A DNA stretch of 64,000 nucleotides from Phaeosaccion multiseriatum (GCA_965112735.1 OZ218955.1:2852001-2916000), one strand, 5' to 3'; positions 35,326 through 49,789 are shown, counted from the stretch's first letter. A program made the numbers and translations. Notes: generated by a model not told the origin, from the letters alone.

Positions 35326-38300
35326 TGTTTTGTGCGTGTGTGTGTATGCATATGCGTGGGTTAATGTGTGCCTGTGTGTGCGTGTGGGTAGTTGGGCGAT
35401 GGGAAGAACATGGCAAGGGGGAGAGAGGAGGAGGATGTTCGGTTTGCGTGCCGCATCAGCACACACACAGCACATCAGCGCACCCCTTTTTCCTATACTT
35501 TTTGTTTCCTCTATTTCCTATCCTTTGTGTTTCCTGCAAGTCAAGAATACTCCCACCGCTGCTAGTGCCCACTTGCTGCTACTGCTGTGCCCGGCCCTTC
35601 CGTCCTTCCCTCTGTGGGCCTTTCCAAAGTTCTGCTTCTCTGACTCTGTCGATCCATCCCTTCTCCACACCCAACTCCATTCTACTCCACTCCACTCAAC
35701 TGAAAGGAGGCCCAAGGGGCAGAGCGAGGAGGAGGGAGAGGCGGAGGTGACCTTGGATGTCAACAAGCTTGCGGAGGGGAAGAAGGCAAGTCTCATACCT
35801 ACCTAAACGGCTTGTCTGTCCTTACGTCATCTTACGTACGGCTTTTGTCTGTCCTTACGTCATCTTACGTCGTCTTACTTACGGCTTAGTCTGTCCTTAC
35901 GCTAGCTACGATGAGGCATCCTTGCTCGCCTATACCCTTTTCAACCTGGAGGGGCTCGGCTCTTTTCTCAGGGGGCTCTGGTGCGGTCCGGTGTCTGCCT
36001 TGTCCAATCTCTGCCCCTTACCCTCTCCCTCCCCTCTGGTCTCCGCCAGCATGGCCTATACTCTGCGCCACTCTCGACTCTGTCCGCATGTCCACATGCT
36101 TTATTCTGTTGTGTTCTCCCCTCTCAGCTCTAACTTGTCTTTCTCTACTTCCCCTTCCTCTACTCCCTCTCTGCTCTGCTTTGCGCCTTGGCTACTCTCT
36201 CCTCTTGTTGGCTCCATCCCCCCCCCTCCCCCCCTCCCTTTGTTCGGCCTTGCCCCGCCTATCTGCCTCTGCTCTGCTCTGCTCTTCTCCCCATATACCC
36301 ATATGCCTCTATCCACATACCCTGCTCTCCTCTCCTCTGTGCTCTACAGTACTGTGATGTGTCGTGTGTATCTCCCTCTCCCAACCACGAGCTCATCGCC
36401 TACGGAGTTGACTTCACGGGCAATGAGACGTACGAGGTGAAGATTCGAGACACCACAAAGGACGAGCATCTCGAGGATGTGCTCAAAGAGGTAGGAAGAG
36501 GGAGGGAGGGAGGGAGGGAGGGAGGGAGGGAAGGAGGGAGGGAGGAAGAGGGAGGGAGGGAGGAACGGGGAGGGAGGGAGGGAGGGAGGACAGGGAGGGA
36601 GGGAAGGAAGGAAGGATAGAGGGCGGAAGGAAGGAAGGAGGATGGAAGGATGGAGGAAGGAAGGAAGGAAGGAAGGAAGGAAGGAGAAAGGAAGGAAGGA
36701 AGGAAGGAACGATAGAGGAAGGAAGATTTTTTTTGATTATGTCGCCATATTTCTCTCTGTCTCTGTCTCTGTCTCTCTGACTGCCTTTATCTTTCGCTCT
36801 TTCTCGTTCTCTTGTCCTTTGCAGCCCTCTTTCATAAGAGACTGCGGCCTTTCTCACCCCCCCTCCCTCCTCACACCCCTCCCTCGCTTCACTCGGTCGA
36901 CCTCTCTCTGCCCCCCCCCCTGCGCCGTGTGGTGCTTGCAACAACCCACCAACCCGTCAACTTCAACTTCAACTTCAAAAACAGACGGCCGGTGACCTGG
37001 TGTGGGGTGCCGACAGCAGTACCATCTACTACACCACCCAGGATGAAGAGCTTAGGCCCTATAAGCTATGGAGGCATGCGGTGGGCACATCCCAAGAGGA
37101 GGACGTATGTCTGTTCACAGAGGAGGACCAACTGCTTACCTTGGGTATTGGCAAGACCGATAGTGAACGGTGAGCGAGAGCGAGAGAGGGGGGGGGGGGG
37201 AGGGAGAGATACATAGAGACGGTGAGCCGACAGAGGAGAGGGGTGAGGGGAGAGGAGAAGGGAGAGATACATAGAGACAGTGAGCCGACAGAGGAGAGGG
37301 GTGAGGGGAGAGGAGAAGGGAGAGATACATAGAGACAGTGAGCCGGCAGAGGAGAGGGGTGAGGGGAGAGGAGAAGGGAGAGATACATAGAGACAGTGAG
37401 CCGACAGAGGAGAGGGGTGAGGGGAGAGGAGAAGGGAGAGATACATAGAGACAGTGAGCCGACAGAGGAGAGGGGTGAGGGGAGAGGAGAAGGGAGAGAT
37501 ACATAGAGACAGTGAGCCGACAGAGGAGAGGGGTGAGGGGAGAGGAGAAGGGAGAGATACATAGAGACAGTGAGCCGACAGAGGAGAGGGGTGAGGGGAG
37601 AGGAGAAGGGAGAGACACATAGAGACAGTGAGCCGACAGAGGAGAGGGGTGAGGGGAGAGGAGAAGGGAGAGATACATAGAGACAGTGAGCCGACAGAGG
37701 AGAGACGCAGAGCAGTTGACAGACAAGACGGACGGACAGACAGCGCAAGGCTTAATTCACCGCACCCCCTCTCGCTCTCTCTTATCTCTCTCTCTCGCTC
37801 TCTCTTATCTCTCTCTCTCTCGCTTCTACAAAAGCTTCCTGATTTTGTCTCTGCACGCCAAGACCACGGACGAGTCCCACTTCATTGACTTAGAGGGGGT
37901 GCAGGGGGCGGAGCAGCATGCGGCGGCTCAGCTCGTTCTCGTGCAGGGGAGAACGCCCGACCTCAGGTTAGAAGAAGGGCAGGGAGGGGAGGGAGGGAAG
38001 GAGGGAGGGAGGGGGGCAGGCAGGCAGGCAGGCCTTAACGGTCCATGTATTCTCATGGTCCACAACATGACTTGGCGCTTCCTTTTAACAATCAATGCAC
38101 ACACAGGTACAACCTGGAGCACCACGGCGACTCGTTCTGGATCATCACCAACAAGGACGGATGCAGGAACGGCAAGCTCGTACACTGCAAAATAGAAACG
38201 CCGAGTAAGTCATTAAATGAAGCCAGGCAAAGTCGTTGTCCGACGACCTTGCTCTCTCCCCTCCTCTCGCTCTCTTTTGTCTTTTATCTCCTCTCTCTCT

Positions 38301-39261
38301 CTCTCTCTCTCCGTCTCCTTCTCTCCCCCGTCTCCCCCCCCTCTCTCTCTCGCTCTCCTCTCTCCCAACCCTCAACGCTTCACCGTAACCCCCAACACTT
38401 CCACCCCTCACCCCCCATTATCCACCAAAAAAAGGCGCGGAGAACTGGGTGGACGAGGAGTCTCTTCCTTACGACCCCTTACGTAAGCTAGACTACGCCA
38501 TGTGCTTCAAGGGGCATATGGCCCTGTCGGGCCGAGAGAAGGGCCTCAAGCAGCTGTGGGTGAGGGACATGAAGGATGGCAGTCTACACACCGTCGAGCA
38601 CCCAGAGCCCTCGTACAACGCCTACACCTCCAACAACTTTGAGTTTGACACAGAGACACTCAGGTGAGGGGAGGCGAGTCGGGGTGTGCGCGTGCGGGTG
38701 CGGGTGCGGGTGTGGTGTGGGGTGGTGTGGGGTGGGGTGGAGCGTTGGTAGTACAGTCGAAGCTCCAGGAGGAAGAGCAGGAGAGGGTGGTGAGGGAATG
38801 CGTGTGTGGCTGCGTGGGGGGGCTGAACTTCAATATGTTTCTTGTCTCACATCTCTCTTGTTCTATCCCAGACTCCCTCCTCCCCCTCTCCTTCTCTCTC
38901 TCATCTCTCTCTCTCTGTGCACGTTGACTCTCTCTCTCTCTCACACACACCCTCCCACTCTTCTCTTCTCTCCCCTGCCCCCTTCCCTCTCTCCTTCGCC
39001 TTTCTCTCACCTTCTCACCTCCTCATCAGATTCGTGTACAGCTCTATGGTGACCCCCAAGTCCACCTTCGATTACAACATGTCCAGTCGTAGTCGACAGC
39101 TGTTGAAGGCCGACGAGGTGCCCAATTACGACCCTAGCCTATACGTGTCGGAGCGATCGCACGCCACGGCCAAGGATGGCACCACACAGATCCCCCTCTC
39201 CATCGTGTACAGGAAGGACTTGTACCCAGATGGGCTGGAAGGCAAGCAGGTGTGTGTGTGC

Positions 39262-39292
<31 letters not shown>

Positions 39293-39838
39293 TGTGTGTG
39301 TGTGTGTGTGTGTGTATGTGTGTGTGTGTGTGTGTGTATCGCCCCGCACGGCTCGTCTCTCGGCGCTGTTCTCCGGATGCTGGTGTCAATACCTTCACAC
39401 CACCCACTCACCCCCCACCCACTAACCATACACCCCCCCACCCACACGCACCCCTTCCTACATACATCCACCCATTCGCATATACCCATTCACCCTCCAC
39501 CCACCCACCCACCCACACCTACCCACCTATCCGCCCACCCCTCCCCCTCCCCCCACCCCTATCACACTCACAGGTACCGACGATGCTGTACGGGTACGGC
39601 TCTTACGGTGCGTGCATGGAGCCCGACTTCTCCGCCCTGCGTCTCTCCTTCCTCGACAGGGGCATGGCCTACGTCATCGCTCACATAAGGGGTGGGGGCG
39701 AGATGGGCCGCTACTGGTATGAGGATGAGGGCAAGTTCTTGACCAAGAGGAACACCTTCGAGGACTTTGGTATGTGTATGTGGTTGTATGTGGGGGTGTG
39801 TGTATGTGCACGTGTTGGTGGCACGGAATAGCGGCTGC

Positions 39839-39894
<56 letters not shown>

Positions 39895-41454
39895 GCTGTT
39901 GTTGTTGCTGTTGCTGTTCTTGTTGTTTTTGATGATGATGTTGTTGTTGGTCTCTCTCCCTCTCTCTCTCCTTCCTTTTCTCCCATCCTCCCTCCCGTCC
40001 CTCCCTCCCTCCCTCCCTTCCTCCCTTCCTTCTTCTCCCCTCTCAGTGGCGAGTGCCGAACACCTGATCCAGCAGCAGATGACCACCCCCTCGAACCTCG
40101 CCATCTGTGGCCGCTCTGCTGGTGGCATGCTCATGGGAGCCGTGGCCAACATGGCTCCTCAACTGTTCAAGTGTGTTGTCAGCGATGTGTGCTTTGTGGA
40201 CGTGATGAACACCATGTCAGACGCCACCATCCCGCTGACTTGCCAGGAGTGGGAGGAGTGGGGCAACCCAAATGAGGTAACAGTTACAGCAGTTTCAGCA
40301 GTTACAGAAGGGAGAGAGTAGGGCAGCCTTCCCTCTCCTTCCTGCCTCTCATCCTCCTCCCTCCCCTGTATCATCCCCCGCACTCCGACAGGAGAAGTAC
40401 CACGACTACATGCTCTCTTACTCCCCCTACGACAACGTGGTAGCTCAGGTATCGTATCTTTCTTTCCTTTCCGGTGGATGCTCGATATTGCGGATCGATG
40501 TTAAATCGATCGACTTTCTTTCCGGTGGATGCTCGATACTGCGGATCGATGTTAAATCGATCGACTTTCTTTCCGGTGGATGCTCGATATTGCGGATCGA
40601 TGTTAAATCGATCGACTTCTTTCCGGTGGATGCTCGATATTGCGGATCGATATTATTCCTGATCGACTTTCTTTCCGGTGGATGCTCGATATTGCGGATC
40701 GACGTTAAATCGATCGACTTTCTTTCCAGTGGAAGCTCGATATTGCCGATCGATATGATGTTGGCTATAAGGTCCAGACGCGCCACTCTCTGAAGCTGAA
40801 GTGCAACTGAAGTGAGACTTTGTGGTGTCTTCTCCTCTCTCTCTCTCTGTCTTTCTTCCGCACAGGCCTACCCGGACATGCTCATCACGGGCGGCTTCCA
40901 CGACCCGCGAGTGGCATACTGGGAGCCGACCAAGTGGGCAGCCAAGCTCAGAGAGTTGAATACTGGCAAGAGTACCATGTTGGTCAAGATAGACATGTCC
41001 AGCGGGCACTTTAGCGCCTCCGATAGGTAAGTCAATGGGGGGATGGGTGGGTGGGGTATGTCAGTGGGTGGGTGGGTAGGAAGTCATTGATTCAGAGGGT
41101 GGGTGGGTGGGTGGTTGGTTGGGTGGGTAGGTTGGTTGGTTCTTTTGTTGTGTGGGTGGGTCGGTCTGTCTGCATTTTGTGTATCCCATACATCCACCCC
41201 GCTGACACCCGCCTTGCTTACTCCACCCTCCCTCCCCCATTCCTTCCTTCCCTCCCTCCCTCCCTCCCTCCCTCCCTCCCTCCCTCCCTCCCTCCCTCTC
41301 TCCGTCTCTTAGATACAAGTACCTGAAGGAGTATGCCTTCGAGTACGCTTACGTTGTGGACCAGCTTGACTGCGCCTCCCTCGCATCCCCGGTACAGGCA
41401 GCAGCCCCTGCCGCGCTCGAGGCCGAGATCGAGGCCGCGAAGGCGGACCTCTAA
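34009..41454 (+). CDS. opdB: Oligopeptidase B (prolyl oligopeptidase family S9A), probably plastid-targeted, 16 exons
   Basis: DNYFWMRDDDRKD.EVIAHIEAEN, YGYGSYG, HIRGGGEMGR.WYE..GK.L.KRNTF.DF, catalytic GRSAGG (Ser), HDPRVAYWEP.KW (Asp), GHF (His), EWEEWGNP and SYSPYDNV. N-terminal TATA-FAV presequence. Stop TAA at 41452-41454. Confidence 0.93.
37203..37700. repeat. 58-bp tandem minisatellite (GGGAGAGATACATAGAGACAGTGAGCCGACAGAGGAGAGGGGTGAGGGGAGAGGAGAA) x~8, opdB intron
   Basis: Directly visible near-identical units. Confidence 0.93.
40467..40756. repeat. 51-bp tandem repeat rich in GATC/TCGA (CTTTCCGGTGGATGCTCGATATTGCGGATCGATGTTAAATCGATCGACTTT) x~5-6, opdB intron
   Basis: Directly visible. 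Confidence 0.92.
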
Positions 41455-41926
41455 GACTCTCTCCCTCACTCTCTCTCCCTCTCCCTCTCTCCCCCTTTCT
41501 TTCCCTCTCCTCTCCCTCTCTCTCCCTACCTCCCTTTCTTTCCCTCTCCTCTCCCGCTCCTCTCCCTCCCTCTCTCTCCCTCTCTCCCTCTCCTCCATCC
41601 CTTTCCCCTCCCACCGCCTCTCTCTCTCTCTCTCTCTCTCTCTTACGTAGTCTTGTGTATGTGGAAGCTCGGCGACCAAAGGATGAACAGACGTGAAGAC
41701 ACACAAGATAACGGCCGGCTTCTGGCGTGACGCAGGCAGCCGTACCACCAATTTTGGCAGAGCTTACAAGCAGCATGGTATTATAATACAAGAGATTGCT
41801 GCCCCTATCCACCCATGCACACTACACATACAGTAACAGAAGGATAGCACAGTAATCGAGCATTATTATGACGTAGTGTTATATACCCAGCCCCCCCCAC
41901 TCTTCCGTCCTGCTCGTGACAGTCCA

Positions 41927-41986
41927 CGATTGATTGATTGACTGATTGATTGCTTGATTGCTTGATTGATTGATTGATTGATTGAC

Positions 41987-42020
<34 letters not shown>

Positions 42021-42061
42021 CTTGCTTGCTTGCTTGCTTGACTGATTGATTGATTGATTGC

Positions 42062-42094
<33 letters not shown>

Positions 42095-42273
42095 AGATTG
42101 ATTGATTGATTGATTGATTGCTTGCTTGACTGATTGATTGATTGATTGATTGATTGATAGAGAGATTGATTGATTGATTGCTTGCTTGCTTGCTTGACTG
42201 ATTGATTGATTGATTGCTTGATTGCTTGATTGCTTGATTGATTGATTGATTGATAGATTGATTGATTGCTTGC

Positions 42274-42369
<96 letters not shown>

Positions 42370-42372
42370 CTG
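41927..42372. repeat. (GATT)n/(GCTT)n microsatellite, intergenic
   Basis: Directly visible. Confidence 0.95.
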
Positions 42373-42486
42373 ATTCAAGGCCTACCTGCCTAGACTGTGC
42401 CCGGGCTCTTGTCGTAACAGAAACCACAGCTTCACCATCAGGGGTCGACTCACACGGCGAGACAGTCAGATAGACAAGACAGACAC

Positions 42487-43577
<1,091 letters not shown>

Positions 43578-44074
43578 AGACCAGTCCCCTGTCCAGAAGC
43601 GGGCCGAAAAGGGTGGCCTGGGTCGCTTGCCTGCCCTCCACGCTCCGACCTCCTCTGAAAAGAAGGAGAGAAGGAGGAGTGGTAGAGCCATCATTGTCCT
43701 TATCGACACTCACAACCTTTGATTGAGCCCAAGTTGCACCCCGACTGAGGGGAGGTCGATCTGCTCTATTATCATGTGTAAGATTATATATACATTCATT
43801 GTACGGAAGGTGAGACAGAAGTCTCAAGGAAACTTTATGCCTCATTCTTGAATGAGGCCATCATCCCTTCCACCCATTCCTTCCTTCCTTCCTTCCTTCC
43901 TTCCTTCATTCATTCACGCTCCTCACCTCACCCCCCCCCCTTCCACGCCTAGAACGATGGATTAGCCTCGCTCTCGCTCTCTCTCTCTCTCCTACCCCTC
44001 CTCGTCAAGCGCCCTCACCATGTGCCTCTCCGTCTCTCTCTCTCCCTCTCCATCACCCTCTCTCCCTCTTTCGC

Positions 44075-44393
44075 TCACCCCTCCTCCTCCACCACCATAA
44101 CGACGGGTCTTCCCTCAGCGTCCAGATCTGCCTGTTGGAAGCTCAGCAGCTTCTGCAGCTCTCCTCCTCCGTTGATCAGAGAGGTCGCCAACGCACTCAG
44201 GAGGGCAGCGGGGCTCAGGTACAAAAGCGCAGGCTGACCCGACTTGGTGTAGTTATTCACGGCAAAGCAGACGGACAAGGCCAGGGCATAGGCCAGCACG
44301 CTGCTCTCAAAATACTTCAACTTCTTCTTGTTGCTCTTGCTCGACGTTCCTCCTGCGGACTCGTCGTCGGAACCCGCTGTTGCTGCTGCTACG

Positions 44394-44425
<32 letters not shown>

Positions 44426-45272
44426 GCTGCTGGCTGCCTTGCTACCTCCTCCAAAGAGGGAGGCGAGGGAGGAGAAGGGAGAGGCGGTTGCGAAGGTTGC
44501 CTGTTTGCTCGTGGCCAGCAGCTTCGCGGCCCTCTCTTTCCTTGCGGCCTCGGCATCAAGCTCGTTAGCCCTGTCAAACTGCCACATTAAGGACGAGAAG
44601 AACGCAGGAATCACGATGTCGCCAAGGCCCAGGATGGCGTAGGGGTAAGCTCTGGTGGTCTGTGTCAGGAGGGGGGTGTGGGGGAGGGGGATGGGGAAGT
44701 GGGTGGGAGAGGGGGGTGGCAGACAGAGCAACAGGGAGAAGGAAGTGAGGGGATGGAAAGAGAGAGCGCCAGAAGCTATGACGCTGGAGAGAGAAGGAAT
44801 AAGTCCCCCCCCCCTTTGTGAAAGGAGTTGTCGAGATGCATCAAGCAGCAGCTGCGGCGCTGTATCCACACCTAAACAGAACAACCACCCACCCGCCTCC
44901 TCGCTCACTCACCGTCCCACCCACTCACCCTCCCACCCTCCCACCCTCCCACCCTCCCTCCCACCCACCCTCCCACCCTCCCTCCCACCCACCCAGTCAT
45001 GCCAGCCCCCCCCCACTTACGTCTAGGATGGGGTACGTGAGCTTGACGGGTGCCTCAATCTTGGTAGCGACACTCATCATCACGTCGGTGCCGAAGACCC
45101 AGTAGATGTCATAGCAAAACAGGCCCATGAGCAGCACCCTGAAATTCACATTCAATTGGAGAGCAATTTGGCAGTTTTGACATGAAATTCAAATTGAAGT
45201 GGACAGTACTTAGCTGTGGGACAATGAAGCTCACGGCGGCGGCGAAGGGGGGGGGGTAGAGTGTCTCAACAG

Positions 45273-45322
<50 letters not shown>

Positions 45323-47551
45323 GGAGAGAGAGAGAGAGAGAGAGAGAAGAACGGACTCCATCCCTTACGACTTGAACTTACGCTGCGGTGGCGTAGCTCT
45401 TTATCTGCACCAGACCGATGGACTGCATGCCTGGAGGAAGGGATGGCAGTGAAATTGGACGGGATAGGAGGTGTGTAGGTGTGTGCGTGTGTGTTCGTGC
45501 GTGTGTGTGTGTGTGTGCGTGCGTGTGTGCGTGTGTGCGTGGAAGGGAGAGGCCCAAGAGCGGGGTAGAGGTGGTGAGCTCATCTCGTCTCCTCTATCGC
45601 TCCTCTCTCCTTCTCTGCCCCCTCTCCTCCTCTCTCCCCTCTCCCTCTCCTCCCTCACCGCCACCCCCTCCTTCACCCCCCCCCCCAACCCACCCCAGCA
45701 CACCCACCCACCTATGCACCAGGCCATAATGTTACTGATGAGGAACTTCTGATGGAGATCGATGGCCGGGTTTAGGTAAACGGCCGCCATACCCACCCCG
45801 ATCACGCCCGCAATGACCGAGGACAGAGGCACGGGGTCCTCAGGCTCGTCCTGCGATGAGTCGGGTGGTGATACATACGTGCAGCAGTTGGTGGTACAGC
45901 AGGAGGGAGGGAGGATGGGGGGATGAGCGGGATCGGCAGCAGGACCGAGGTTAAAGAGGGAGGACAAAAAAAGGAAAAGATCGATAGACAGGGAGAGAAC
46001 AACAGACGAAACCGACGAAACCGCCATAAATGGGAGAGGAGGCATTAGGCATGTCTCGCTCGGTGGTGCTCCCCTTCAGTCGTGTGTCCTCCCCACCAGG
46101 CAAGACAGGCACTTCAGACACAACATTCTCTCTCCCTCTCCCTCTGACGCGCTTCCCTCCCTCTCTCTCTCCCCCTCCCTCTCTCTCTCCCCCTTTCCCT
46201 CTCCCTCCCCCTCCCCCTCTCCCTCTCCCTCTCCCTCCGCATCTGCCTTGCCGTCGCACCGAGAGAAAGCCCAAGAAGGAGGGAAGCTCCACCGCCTTCA
46301 TGCCCGCATTGTTGGGTAGCACGGCCCCTAACAATTGCCCCCCGACTGTGGTAATGGCAGTCACGCTGAACAGCGTGGTGACCGCCTGATAAAAGGTGCC
46401 TGGGTTAAAGTCCGTGTTCTTCAGTAGGAGGTAGAGACCGAAGAGAGAGACAGAGGACACCACCGGGGCGAGCGCCGCTTGCTTGGAGGAGAGAGAGGCC
46501 CGTAGCTCTGGAATGGCCTGTCGCTTACTGCCCAAGTAGACTTTGTTGACAGTTTGAAGCAGTCGGGCAGTCAGTCGGGCAGTCAGTGTGGCAGTCAATC
46601 TGTCAGTCAGTCATTCAGTCAGTCAGTCAGTCAGTCAGTCAGTCAGTCAGTCAGGTAGTTAAACCACCCCCCCCCCCCCCCGACTTACCTGTGGCGACTG
46701 CCATGACTCCAAAGTACAAGAGGTCAGCCTCCCTGGACAGGCTGATGAGCGGCAGCGCCTGCAGGAGAGCCAGACCCGAGTACAGAGCAGCATCTCCCTT
46801 CACCAAGTCTATACCGACTCGGTGCCCCTCGAGCACACCCCTGCCCTCCCCCCAGTTTTCCTCGCCCTCGTCCTCCACGAAAGCGGCTTTGGCTTGCAGA
46901 AGCACCGTTGATCGGAGGGCCGCCGGGCCTGTATTTCTTTTGCTGCTGCTCATGCTGGTGAGGCTGCTAGGGCTACGTGAACCGCTACTGCTGCTGGTGC
47001 TACTGGGGCTGCTTGTAGTGTGAATGTTGCTTTTCCCACTGTGACTACTCCTTCGAGCGCTCAGCGGAGTACCTTCCGCGAAAGCAACGCATGCAAATGG
47101 TGGAGGAGAGGCGAGAGGTGCGGTGCTGTGAGCAGCGTATGAACTACCGTGGCAGAAGCGAAGACTATGGTGGAGCAGGTGGTATCCAGAAACAGAGAGG
47201 AGGAGAGAGAGTACAACAGGTATCCAGAGGCAAGCGCTGTGCAAATGTACGTCCAGAGAAAGAGGAGGAGAAGGAGAAGGAGAGAGGAGAAGGAGGAGAG
47301 AGAGAGAGGAGAAAAAAGCGGAGAGAGACATCCAGAGAAAGAGGAGGAGAAGGAGGAGACGCAAGAGACAAGTCCTGTGCATACGGACACCCAGAGACAG
47401 AGGAGGAGAAGGAGGGGCAGAAAGAGAGGCGCAGCCAGAAGCAAGACTCACCTTGGCGTGCCGTCGGCGACACGACCCATCCATTGATTCCTGCCAGAGA
47501 CAGAGTCAGCAATCCCCAGAGAAGAAGCTTCGAGCAGCTGGGCGACGCCAT
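44075..47551 (-). CDS. Signal peptide peptidase-like intramembrane aspartyl protease (A22B), multi-exon, with a bipartite presequence
   Basis: Catalytic motifs GLFCYDIYWVFGTDVMMSVATKIEAPVKL (YD), ILGLGDIVIP (GxGD) and GQPALLYL (PAL), plus APVVSSVSLFGLYLLLK. N-terminus MASPSCSKLLLWGLLTLSLAGING-WVVSP. The 3' end could extend (see findings). Confidence 0.88.
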
Positions 47552-47799
47552 CCTTGCTTCTGTCTCTCTCTCTTCGTCGCCTCTCGCTTGCAGGCCTGAC
47601 TCAAACCATGCGCCAACTGTGAATCCAAAAAAGAGCCGTGGCGGAGCGACGTGAGGGATCGTGAGGAGCCGACCTACCCTAAGAGCGGCCACAGAAGAGG
47701 AAGAGGTAGTAGCAGTGTGGTATTGAGGAGCGGCCAAGGAGGAGAGTTAGGGAGAAGGGGGGGAGAGCGTTGTCAAGGAGAAATATATCTTCAACCACC

Positions 47800-49165
47800 A
47801 TGATGGAGCCGCCGCTGTCACCCTCCACCCTTGCCGGAGGCTTTGCTCACGGGGGGGAATCGCCGCACACCATTTCGCAACGGAACCGGATGAGACGGAT
47901 AAGGGATTTTGAGGCAGGCGTCAAGCGAGGGTTCCCTGATGAGGAGGAGGAGGAGGAGCACGCCACTGGTGAGATTCGGAAGCCCTTCAAACAGCAGGGC
48001 CGTGAGTCTTGCCAAGACACGGAGGGCGAGGATAGGGTGGATGGGGGCAAGAGGTATGCCTGCATGAGTAGAATGTACATGTGCTGAGGTTCGCTGTGTT
48101 CGTGCGGCTGTTCTGCGGCAGAGCACAGAGGTTTGGCCTTGCTTTGCCTCCCTTGAATCCCACCCAATCATCCTGTCCTTCCCCAGGGCCTTCCCTAATG
48201 GCACACGTGCACTCCTCCCCACTCCATCCCCCGTCCTCTCCGCTCGCCTATTGACCAATTCAATTCGCAATGGACAACAGCAGGCCTCGATTGGATCCAC
48301 GAGCATCCCGTTCTCGCTGCAGTCCTATGGCTGTTTAGCAAAGTCGTTGCCGGAACGAGCGACGATCGTGATGCAGATGGGATGAAGAAGAGCCGGAGTC
48401 GGGCAGCGCTGGCGGTGCAAGACGACAGCAAGGCGGGCAAGGCCTCGCGGGAACGGGATGACGGCGAAGACGACGGTGAGTGGTTGCAGGGACTCAGTGA
48501 CTTGACCCAGGATTCCAGACTTCGGCTGGAGCAATGCGCATGGGGGAGGTTTGATGAGCGCGTATGTAAACTGCCTATGAGGGTGTAAATGACGCGCCTG
48601 CTCGCTGACTTGTCCCCCTCTCCCCCCTCGGTGTTACTTTTCTCTCTCTGCTGATGATGATTGAGGCCTTTGCTAACACCTCTCCCAAAGAGTGCTGCAG
48701 GCAGGTGTCCCATCTCTCCGTTGGGATCCACATGCGCACCCCGTTTTCTTCTACTCTCTGAACCTCTCCCTCCTTCCCACACCCCTCCCGTTCTTCCACT
48801 CGCTCCCTCCCCCCTTACCTTCTCTTGTCATGCATGAAGACACGTCAGCACCTCTCGAGCTGCGCAGGCAAGAGACCATGACCCAACTACCGACCTATGA
48901 AGGGGAGGAAGGGGAAGCCTATCGCCCTCCTCGCTCCTTCGACACGAGGTTCGGCTACTTTGTCCACATACACACGCCCCCAACGGTTCGCTGGAGGTAC
49001 GGCCATGAGGCTTTCAACGCCGTGGTCCAGGCACGCAAGGAAGGGCGCAGAGTCGACCCTCAGATCGAGGAACTGGCCAAGGTTCACGCCGCGCGGGAGG
49101 CTGCCAAGTCTGCTGCCCGGCGGAGGAAAGAGGCAAGTTTGCTGCGCTTTCTGTCCAGCAGGTGA
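47800..49165 (+). CDS. Hypothetical protein, 3 exons approx. 47800-47968, 48281-48475, 48840-49165
   Basis: Phase-1-consistent donors GTGAGA and GTGAGT join coding-like segments (GLDWIHEHPVLAAVLWLF; RFGYFVHIHTPP...). No family recognised. Confidence 0.4.
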
Positions 49166-49789
49166 AGGAGAAGAAGCAGCGCTGAAGTTTCGCTTTGCTG
49201 CCCGGCAGGGGAAGGAGAAGGAGAAGAAGCAGCGTTGCGTTGAAGGCGGTGACGACGCGAAAGAGTCAAAGGGAAGAGGGGGGGAGAACGAGAGTAAATT
49301 GCGTGAGCAGAGAGTGGGGAACGGGATAAATCCTTGTGACTTTGGACAGTCCTGTACATACACTACATACAGTGGAGGAGAGGAGAGGGGGAGGGGTGAG
49401 CAGGAAGGACATACAGGTACAGCTCAAGGGAGGAGGGAGACTTGCCCACTGCCCCTCGTGTACCATATTTGGAATACAGAACGGAATCGGAATGGATGGG
49501 GATGGGGAACAATGGTGGAGATAGAAGGGAAAGAGAATTCAGATACAGTTTTGAGGTCAACGCGGGCCGAGGAGAATAGATAGATAGACGGATAGAAAGA
49601 ACGGCCTCGCCCCGTGACGAGCGGTTTTGCGATCGGTCTCTGCAAACATACAGCGGAGCGGAAGGAGGGGACGCTTACCATAGAAGATCAGGAGGAGATG
49701 TCGGTAAGCAACAATGAAAGAAGAATAAAAGCATTCATTCTTTTGAATATATTTTGTTATGCGCAGCAACTTGCCTTTGCCCTATCAAC

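Noticed and set aside
35815-35910. CTTACG(T) as a third dispersed motif
   Set aside because: A local cluster exists, but window-wide counts of this 6-7-mer are not clearly above chance and overlap the GTAAG donor word.
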